Assembly (NCBI GenBank): GCA_965197645.1
Contig: OZ240219.1
Coordinates: 1,664,001 to 1,728,000, forward strand
DNA length: 64,000 bases
Origin: Dehalococcoidia bacterium
GTDB taxonomy: Bacteria; Chloroflexota; Dehalococcoidia; Plut-88900
Direction of reading: 5' to 3'
Below the pieces are notes generated by a model, which worked only from the letters and a program-made list of their open reading frames with translations, was not told the origin of the DNA and made no database searches. This document shows positions 57,077 to 64,000 of this stretch, in pieces. Within the stretch, counting starts at the first letter, position 1; each line of letters begins with the position of its first letter. A program made the translations under genes and the position numbers.

Positions 57077-58381
57077 TCACGGGGCCGGTCTTGGTTCGGG
57101 GATGGAAGGCTTCTTGGCAAACAGCATGAGGACGGCGCAGAGGAGGAAGACGGCCAGGAAGAGGGTGAAGGGCAGGGTGTAGCTGTCTGTGACATCGTAC
57201 ATCCATGCGGCGAACACGGGTGCGCCGGCCATGGTCAGAAAGGTGACCGGCGAGGTTATGCCCCTTATCGATCCAAGGAAGGTCCGGCCATAGTAGTCGC
57301 CCCAGGCCAGGGCCGGTAGGGGCGATATCCCCGATACGCCGGTCCCGTATACCGCACCCCAGAGCACCAGCATCCAGAAGCTGTGGGCGTTCAAGAGCAG
57401 GATCACGGCCAGGCCGGGTAGGGCGAAGGTGAAGGCCGTCGAGAGGCGAATGTCGATCCGATCGGCCAGGAATGCCCACGGGAGCTTGCCGGTGAGCGAG
57501 AGGGCAGAGAAGACGGCAAAAGCAATGGTAGCTTCGCTCGAGCTGAAGCCCTGGGCATCGTCGGTGGCGTAGGCGAAGAAGTTGATGAGGATGGCGAGAA
57601 AGGCCATCATTGCCAGGCTGTTGGCAGCGAGGATCAGCCAGAAAGCACGGGTCCGGATGGCCTCCCGCATCGTCCAAGGGTAATCCTTGGCCTGGGCCCG
57701 GAGTGAATGGCCGTCGCCTTCGAGATCGGACAGGGAGTTGGAGTCACCATCGGGCCGCAGGCCTATGTCCTCGGGGCTGCTCCGCATGAACAAGAGACAC
57801 CAGGGGGTGGCCACTGCCCAGATGGTGAAGCCCAGAATGGTCCAGGCGGTCCGCCAGTCGAAGGATGAGATGAGGAAGTTGGTGTATGGGGCTATCAGCA
57901 TGCCGCTGGAGGGCAGTCCCATGCTGGCGAAGGATAGCGCCATGCCCCGCTTGCGCACGAACCATTTGGAGACGATGGTGGGCACGATGAAAGCCGGGAA
58001 GGCCTGGAGACCGAAGATCCCGGCGACGAAAAAGACCCCGAGGAACTGCCAGATGGCCTGGACTTGTCCAGCGGCTATCATCATCAGGCCTATGACGAAG
58101 GACCCGGCGCCGGTGACGAGCCGAGCGCCGTACCTCTCGTCCAGCAACGTCCCGATGTAGTGGCCGAAGATGGCGGCGGCGATCATAGCCAGTGAAGCCG
58201 CGGCAACGATGGAGCTGCGGCTCCAACCAAGGTCGTCCGCCATCGGTTTGACGAAGACGCTGAAGCCGGAGGAGCCGACGCCGGCCGTGGTCAGGTTCAG
58301 GACGTATCCCAGGACAACGATCCGCCAGCCGTAGTAGAACGCCGACCTCTTGGATGTTTCAGCTACGGCTTCGTCGGCCAT
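57077..58381 (-). CDS. MFS transporter (paralog of neighbour)
   Basis: FYYGWRIV, SKWFVRKRG, PEDIGLRPDG, YYGRTFLGSIRG. Confidence 0.9.
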   Translation of the reverse strand: MADEAVAETSKRSAFYYGWRIVVLGYVLNLTTAGVGSSGFSVFVKPMADDLGWSRSSIVAAASLAMIAAAIFGHYIGTLLDERYGARLVTGAGSFVIGLMMIAAGQVQAIWQFLGVFFVAGIFGLQAFPAFIVPTIVSKWFVRKRGMALSFASMGLPSSGMLIAPYTNFLISSFDWRTAWTILGFTIWAVATPWCLLFMRSSPEDIGLRPDGDSNSLSDLEGDGHSLRAQAKDYPWTMREAIRTRAFWLILAANSLAMMAFLAILINFFAYATDDAQGFSSSEATIAFAVFSALSLTGKLPWAFLADRIDIRLSTAFTFALPGLAVILLLNAHSFWMLVLWGAVYGTGVSGISPLPALAWGDYYGRTFLGSIRGITSPVTFLTMAGAPVFAAWMYDVTDSYTLPFTLFLAVFLLCAVLMLFAKKPSIPEPRPAP

Positions 58382-58399
58382 GGGATCGATGATGACGGC

Positions 58400-59302
58400 T
58401 CAGCTGATGGGGAGAGTGAGCTGACGTGCCGGGGGCGGGTTGGAGGGCCGGGGCATCGTTCTGGTCGTGAGGGAGTAGGTGCGGCGGAGCTCCCGGAGTC
58501 GTTTCGCGACGCCATCCTGGAACCGCTTAGAGGCGTAGGCCCCGGGATAGAGGCGCAGATATCCGGGCAGCAGGTGAGGGTACTCTTCCCTCATGAAACC
58601 GAGGAAGTGGTCCCGTGTGCCGTCCTTGAGGTGGAGCACCTGCCCATCTAGGAACCGGGCGCCATTGGCGGATGCGGCTCGGACCACCTCCCGAAGGCCT
58701 TCCAGGCTATCGGTGATGCCGGGTACTATGGGCGCCAGGAGCACGCCGGCGTTGATTCCCGCGCGGGCCAGCCGCTCCAGGGCAACCATGCGTTTCTCGG
58801 GGGGAGGTGTGCCCGGCTCCAGCCGTCTCGCCAGGTCTGTGTCTATGGTGGTCATGCTGAAGCAGACCGTGGCGTCGGCGTGGCGGGTCAGGTCTGATAG
58901 TATGTCTATGTCGCGGATGATCATGCTTCCTTTGGTGACCATGCGCACCGGGCTTCGGTAGTCGGCGAATGCCTCCAGGCATTGGCGGGTCAGTCGATAT
59001 TTGCCCTCGATGGGCTGGTACGGATCGGTGGCCGTTCCCACCGCTACCGGCTCCCTGCGCCACGACCGCCTGGACAGCTCCTGTCGAAGCACCTCGGCGA
59101 CATTGGTCTTGACGATGATAACACCGGTGAAATCGTCCCCCACGTTCAGGTCGTAATAAGAGTGGTAGCGGCGGGCGAAGCAGTAGTGGCAACCGTGGAC
59201 ACAGCCCCTGTAGGGGTTGAGGGACCAGTGAAACTGCATGCCTCGGACTTTGTTGAGGGCGCTGCGGCAAGGGGTCTCTTCGTAGCGAACGCGGGCCGAC
59301 AT
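58400..59302 (-). CDS. SplB-like (Rv2578c-family) radical SAM DNA repair protein
   Basis: LNPYRGCVHGCHYCFAR, GTATDPYQP.E, TKG, LEPGTP. Confidence 0.9.
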   Translation of the reverse strand: MSARVRYEETPCRSALNKVRGMQFHWSLNPYRGCVHGCHYCFARRYHSYYDLNVGDDFTGVIIVKTNVAEVLRQELSRRSWRREPVAVGTATDPYQPIEGKYRLTRQCLEAFADYRSPVRMVTKGSMIIRDIDILSDLTRHADATVCFSMTTIDTDLARRLEPGTPPPEKRMVALERLARAGINAGVLLAPIVPGITDSLEGLREVVRAASANGARFLDGQVLHLKDGTRDHFLGFMREEYPHLLPGYLRLYPGAYASKRFQDGVAKRLRELRRTYSLTTRTMPRPSNPPPARQLTLPIS

Positions 59303-59340
59303 GGGGCGGCCTCCTTAGAAAGGGTGCCGCTAGGATATGA

Positions 59341-59356
59341 TAGAACAACCGTGCTA
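59341..59356. promoter_or_regulatory. Candidate LexA (GAAC-N4-GTTC type) box
   Basis: TAGAAC-AACC-GTGCTA, one core mismatch, between minus-strand TTGACT and TATCCT upstream of a repair gene. Confidence 0.6.
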
Positions 59357-59437
59357 GTCAAGGACTGTCGTCATCCAGCTTCGTTGGGAAGGTTAAGGAA
59401 GGGGCAATCTCCTCTCAGTGCGCATGTTACCACTTTG

Positions 59438-59467
59438 TTGACACCTTCGAAATCCGAGCCATACAAT
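59438..59467 (+). promoter_or_regulatory. sigma70 promoter of ychF-hemW
   Basis: TTGACA-18 nt-TACAAT. Confidence 0.6.
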
Positions 59468-59511
59468 CGAAACGAAGGCCCTGGCATATCGAGCAGAAAG
59501 CGGGATGCGGT

Positions 59512-60603
59512 TTGGATATCGGGATCATCGGGCTATCCGGAAGTGGCAAGTCCACCATCTTCAACTGCCTGATTCGCGGCAACGTCGATGGATCGGGACA
59601 GGGCGATCGGGTAAACCTCGGCGTGGCCAAGGTGCCCGACCCGCGACTCGATCGCCTTGCCGGGATATTTCAGCCGGAGCGGATAGTGCCGGCGGAGGTC
59701 CGGTACGTGGACGTACCCTTTACTCCTCGGGGCCTGGGAAAGACGGAGGGGTTCTCGGGGCAGCTGCTCAATCACCTGAGCAAGTGTGATGCTCTATTGC
59801 ACGTGGTGCGAGAGTTTGGTGAGCCGTCGGTGCCCCACGAGGAGGGAAGCGTCGATGCCGAGCGGGACATCGCAACCATGGACCTGGAGCTGGCCTACTC
59901 GGACATGGGCATTCTGGAACGGCGACGTCAGCGACTGGAAGACACTCTAAAGGGGGCCACGGCCCAGGAACGGCAACCGGTGCTGCGAGAGCAGGCGTTG
60001 ATCTCCCGGATCGAAGAGGGCTTGGAGAACAGTGTCAACGTTCGGGAGCAACAGATCGCTCCCGATGAGTCGAAGTCGATAAGCGGCTATCAGTTCCTTA
60101 CCGCGAAGCCGATGCTCCTGTTGGTCAACATCGGTGAGGAGGACCTTACCCGGATGGAGGAGCTTGAAGCCGACATGGCGGAGCGGTACCGGCGGCCGGG
60201 GGTGGGGACGGCGATGGTATCGGCGAAGCTGGAGGAGGAGCTGGCCCAGCTGGAGGAAGACGAGGCCCAGGTGTTTCGAGACGAGATGAACGTGGGGGAG
60301 CCGGCCACCGATAAGATCCTGCGGCGCTCCTACGATCTGTTGGGGCTGGTATCCTTCTTCACCACCGCCTCCAGCGAGGTCAGGGCCTGGTCCGTCCCCC
60401 GAAACACGGAGGCAGTCAAAGCGGCGGGCCGGATACACACAGATATGGAGCGGGGGTTCATTCGCGCAGAGGTGATAGGGTATGACGACCTGGTGGAGTG
60501 CGGCGGTCTGGCCGAGGCCCGGAAACGAGGGTTGTTGCGTTTGGAGGGGAAGGGTTACCAGGTCCAGGATGGAGACGTGATCACCTTCCTGTTCAATGTG
60601 TGA
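59512..60603 (+). CDS. ychF: Ribosome-binding ATPase YchF
   Basis: GIIGL..SGKSTIFN, VPDPRL, LTAKP, IHTDMERGFIRAE, RLEGK.Y.VQDGDV. Confidence 0.93.
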   Translation: MDIGIIGLSGSGKSTIFNCLIRGNVDGSGQGDRVNLGVAKVPDPRLDRLAGIFQPERIVPAEVRYVDVPFTPRGLGKTEGFSGQLLNHLSKCDALLHVVREFGEPSVPHEEGSVDAERDIATMDLELAYSDMGILERRRQRLEDTLKGATAQERQPVLREQALISRIEEGLENSVNVREQQIAPDESKSISGYQFLTAKPMLLLVNIGEEDLTRMEELEADMAERYRRPGVGTAMVSAKLEEELAQLEEDEAQVFRDEMNVGEPATDKILRRSYDLLGLVSFFTTASSEVRAWSVPRNTEAVKAAGRIHTDMERGFIRAEVIGYDDLVECGGLAEARKRGLLRLEGKGYQVQDGDVITFLFNV

Positions 60604-60607
60604 GCCG

Positions 60608-61912
60608 ATGAACAGTCCACCTCGCCAGCGCAAGGGACCGATGACCCTGGGACTCTATCTGCACGTACCCTTCTGCGTGACCAAGTGCAACTACTGTGAT
60701 TTCAACACCTACGCCGGTATAGAAGACCTGATGCCGGCGTATGTCGATGCCCTGGTACTAGAGATCGGTATGTGGGGTCGGGTGGTGGATGGAGGCCCTC
60801 AAGTGGACACAATCTTCTTCGGCGGAGGCACCCCCTCCCACCTACCCGTGGAACAGATACGCAGGATCGTGGAAGCTTGCAATAATGCCTTCGACGTCGG
60901 TCTTCGTGCCGAGGTTACCCTGGAGTCCAACCCGGGAGACCTGACGTCCAGCCTGCTGGAGGGGCTGGTATCGGCAGGGGTGAACCGGCTGAGCATCGGT
61001 GTGCAGAGCTTTCACAATCGACATCTGGCGGCGCTGACCCGCAGACACTCGGCCGAGGAGGCGGTGAATGCCTTTCGAAGGGCCCAAGACGCCGGGTTCA
61101 CCAGCGTGAATCTGGACCTGATGTACGGCCTACCGGAGCAGTCTCTGCAGGAGTGGCAGGAAACCCTGGCCCAGGCGATGGAGCTGAGACCGGAACATCT
61201 GTCCCTGTACGCTCTGACCCTCGAGGAGGGAACGCCTCTTCATCGGAATGTTCGCCAGGGGACGGTGGCGGATCCTGACCCGGACCTGGCAGCCGACATG
61301 TACCTGCTCACCGAGGAACGGCTGGACAGAGCAGGCTACCGGCACTACGAGATCTCCAGCTGGGTGTTGCCCGGCCACGAGTGCCGGCATAACCTGGTCT
61401 ACTGGCGAAACCTGCCCTACCTCGGTATGGGGGCTGGGGCCCACTCGGGTTACGGGGGTTACCGGTTCTCCGACGAAAGGAGCCCGCGGAGGTACGTCGA
61501 GAGGGTTTCCCGGCTGGCGCAAGCGCGGAAGGAGAGCATCCACACTGATGTTTCGGAGGAGATGCTGAGGACGGTCGCACCCATCGACCAGCTGGAGGCC
61601 ATCGACCAGGGGTTGGAGATGGCAGAGACGATGATGCTGGGGCTGCGGCTCGAAGAGGGGGTCAGCTATGCCGGGTTCGAGGAGCGGTTCGAAAGGTCGT
61701 TGGAATCGGTGTATGGGACGGAGATCAGGGAGCTTGAGGGGCTGGAGCTGCTGGAGAGGCGGCCATCTACCCTCGGGCATGTTCCCCACGATGGCGGAGT
61801 CGACGGGAGCAAGAAGGCGAAAGACGGCGGGACGGAATCGGTGCGATTGACGTCCAGGGGCCGGTTGCTGGGCAACGAGGTGTTCAGCAGGTTTGTCGAG
61901 GTGCGGGTATAG
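60608..61912 (+). CDS. hemW: Radical SAM heme chaperone HemW
   Basis: LYLHVPFCVTKCNYCDFN, FFGGGTPS, YEISSW, HNLVYW. Confidence 0.92.
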   Translation: MNSPPRQRKGPMTLGLYLHVPFCVTKCNYCDFNTYAGIEDLMPAYVDALVLEIGMWGRVVDGGPQVDTIFFGGGTPSHLPVEQIRRIVEACNNAFDVGLRAEVTLESNPGDLTSSLLEGLVSAGVNRLSIGVQSFHNRHLAALTRRHSAEEAVNAFRRAQDAGFTSVNLDLMYGLPEQSLQEWQETLAQAMELRPEHLSLYALTLEEGTPLHRNVRQGTVADPDPDLAADMYLLTEERLDRAGYRHYEISSWVLPGHECRHNLVYWRNLPYLGMGAGAHSGYGGYRFSDERSPRRYVERVSRLAQARKESIHTDVSEEMLRTVAPIDQLEAIDQGLEMAETMMLGLRLEEGVSYAGFEERFERSLESVYGTEIRELEGLELLERRPSTLGHVPHDGGVDGSKKAKDGGTESVRLTSRGRLLGNEVFSRFVEVRV

Positions 61913-61988
61913 GTGTGCTCTGCCCCGTCTCGTTGCCCGTGCCATACCGCTCTGCTATTCTGAATCAGACCATGTACGAGGGTAATCT

Positions 61989-63851
61989 TTGTATGTCATA
62001 GGCACAGCGGGACACGTAGACCATGGGAAGTCGGCGCTGGTCCAGGCGCTGACCGGCATCGATCCGGACCGGCTCCAGGAGGAGAAGGAGCGGGGCCTGA
62101 CCATCGATCTCGGGTTTGCCTGGTTGACCCTGCCCAGCGGGCGTGAGGTCAGCATCGTCGACGTTCCAGGCCACGAGCGATTCATAAAGAACATGCTGGC
62201 CGGTGTGGGAAGCATAGACCTGGCCCTGCTGGTTGTTGCCGCCGACGAGGGGGTCATGCCCCAGACCCGGGAGCACCTGGCCATAGTCGATCTGCTCAGG
62301 ATCGACCGCCACCTGGTGGTGATTACAAAAAAGGACCTCGTGGAGGACGACTGGCTGGAGCTGGTTGAGGCCGATATCCAGGACGCCATCGAGGGGACGA
62401 GCCTGGAAGGGGCACAGATAATGGCGGTCTCGTCGATCACGGGAGACGGGCTGGACGACCTGGTGGCTGCCGTCGATGGCATGCTGCAAGAGGCGACCCC
62501 GAAGCAGGATATCGGCAGGCCGAGGCTGCCCATCGATCGCACGTTCACCATATCGGGATTCGGGACGGTGGTAACGGGTACGCTGATAGATGGCAAGCTG
62601 ACCGTCGGGCAGGAGGTCGAGGTCGTTCCGGGAGCGATAAAGAGCCGCATCCGGGGCATCCAGACCCACAAGAACAAGGTGGAGGTGGGGTCTCCGGGAT
62701 CGAGGGTGGCGGCCAACATATCGGGAGTGGGGCACGCGGAGATACGCAGGGGCCAGGTCCTCACTTCTCCCGGCTGGCTCAGAGAGAGCACCGCCGTTGA
62801 CGTTCGACTACGGATCATCCCGGATTGCCCCATCTCGATAAGACATAATGCCGCGGTGACCCTTCACATGGGCACCAGCGAGACGCCGGCCCTGGTGAGG
62901 CTGCTGGACTCGCAGGAGCTGGAGCCGGGCGCCGAGGGTTGGGCCCAGCTGCGGCTCCAGGACCCGATCGCCTTCATCAAGGGAGACCTGTTCATCATCC
63001 GGTCCCATCTGGGGACCCTGGGGGGCGGCGAGGTGGTAGAGACCCAGCCAAAACGGCACAAGCGTTTCCACGACAAGACCGTGGAGCGGCTGGAGGTGCT
63101 GGCTCAAGGTACTCCTGGGCAGGTGTTGATCAAAGTGCTGGAGTCCTCGGAGCCGCTTTCGGTGAAGAACCTCGTTCGAATAAGCACTCTCGCCGAGGAT
63201 ACGGCCAGGGAAGCCGTGCGGGCCCTGCACGAGGAGAAGGGGATAGTGGTGCTGGGAAAGGATGGACTCCAGGGCAATCCTCTCCTTTATTCCTATGCGG
63301 GGTGGCAGACTGTCAGGGAGAACAGTGAGGAGTACCTGCGGGGATACCACGAGCAGAACCCGCTGCGGCCGGGGGCGCCCAAGGAGGAGTTCCGCGGCAG
63401 GTTGAAGCTCTCGGCCCAGGCCTTCCCCCAGGTAATGGAGCGGCTGAAAGAGGAGGCAGTAGTCGTGGAAGAGGGTGCATCGGTGAGGCTACCCTCTCAC
63501 ACCCGGACGGTTAGCCAGGGCCAGCAGCAGGAGATAAACGCCTATCTGAAGGCGCTGGCCGGCAATCCCTTCTCGCCACCGACGGATATATCGATACTGC
63601 CGGAGCTGCTGTCAGGCCTGGTGGAGGAAGGCAAGGTGATCCGGGTCAGTGGAGACGTGGTCTTCGAGGCCGGTGCCTATCAGAAGATGGTCGACCAGGT
63701 GGTAGAGGAGGTGAGAGCGGAGGGCAAGGTGACAGTGGCGAGGGTAAGGGATATGTTCAAGACCAGTCGCAAGTACGCGCTGGCGTTTATGGAGTACCTG
63801 GACCAGGAAAAGATCACCCGTCGGGTCGGGGACGACAGAGTGCTGAGGTGA
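61989..63851 (+). CDS. selB: Selenocysteine-specific elongation factor SelB
   Basis: [33 protein letters not shown]-terminal winged helices ending SRKYA...EYLD...TRRVGD.R. Confidence 0.96.
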   Translation: MYVIGTAGHVDHGKSALVQALTGIDPDRLQEEKERGLTIDLGFAWLTLPSGREVSIVDVPGHERFIKNMLAGVGSIDLALLVVAADEGVMPQTREHLAIVDLLRIDRHLVVITKKDLVEDDWLELVEADIQDAIEGTSLEGAQIMAVSSITGDGLDDLVAAVDGMLQEATPKQDIGRPRLPIDRTFTISGFGTVVTGTLIDGKLTVGQEVEVVPGAIKSRIRGIQTHKNKVEVGSPGSRVAANISGVGHAEIRRGQVLTSPGWLRESTAVDVRLRIIPDCPISIRHNAAVTLHMGTSETPALVRLLDSQELEPGAEGWAQLRLQDPIAFIKGDLFIIRSHLGTLGGGEVVETQPKRHKRFHDKTVERLEVLAQGTPGQVLIKVLESSEPLSVKNLVRISTLAEDTAREAVRALHEEKGIVVLGKDGLQGNPLLYSYAGWQTVRENSEEYLRGYHEQNPLRPGAPKEEFRGRLKLSAQAFPQVMERLKEEAVVVEEGASVRLPSHTRTVSQGQQQEINAYLKALAGNPFSPPTDISILPELLSGLVEEGKVIRVSGDVVFEAGAYQKMVDQVVEEVRAEGKVTVARVRDMFKTSRKYALAFMEYLDQEKITRRVGDDRVLR

Positions 63852-63920
63852 GGCGAGTATGGTGACCATTACTACCCCCTGGCCGGGTCAGCGATTTAGC
63901 AAACCGGGAGGCGCCTAGAT

Positions 63921-64000
63921 ATGTCCTTGGACATGGAAAAGACGGTGGGGCAGATCGGGGACATGGTGGAGCTGCTGAAGGGTGGGGAGGAAGAGTGGGG
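63921..64000 (+). CDS. 5' end of a gene running off the window
   Basis: GGGAGG RBS then ATG MSLDMEKTVGQIGDMVELLKGGEEEW; product not assignable. Confidence 0.5.
   Translation, partial: MSLDMEKTVGQIGDMVELLKGGEEEW

Overview
A ~60% GC, mostly core-genome segment. Gene content points to Chloroflexota, class Dehalococcoidia (SAR202-like); this is inferred from the reduced mraZ-rsmH-ftsA-ftsZ-nrdR-nrdJ cluster with no mur/pbp genes, the alpha2-type GlyRS and a Gram-positive-type LexA box. It holds about 55 CDSs (uvrC, xerD, lgt, recJ, fabF, mtaB, trmD, pepA, prkA, rplS, priA, def, cca, secDF, sbcD, glyQS, holA, ychF, hemW, selB and others) and two ordinary tRNAs. The most notable observations: (1) an unannotated tRNA-like gene (50431-50502, minus strand) with all classical AlaRS identity elements but a Leu (UAG) anticodon in an abnormal loop whose reverse complement is a canonical amber (CUA) loop. 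It sits in a small lower-GC island with long hairpins and a HARE-HTH gene ending in an SSB-like DDLPF tail. (2) A CoA-transferase-fold alpha subunit split by an in-frame TGA at a position that is Cys in homologues as I recall them, followed by a SECIS-like hairpin, with selB in the same window and a beta subunit apparently lacking the catalytic Glu: a probable selenoenzyme. (3) A circularly permuted CcdA. (4) proC apparently starting at an AUU codon. (5) A purS pseudogene scar, an orphan PrkA and an HpnR-like B12 radical SAM gene coupled to fabF. All calls are by eye from motifs; no searches were run.
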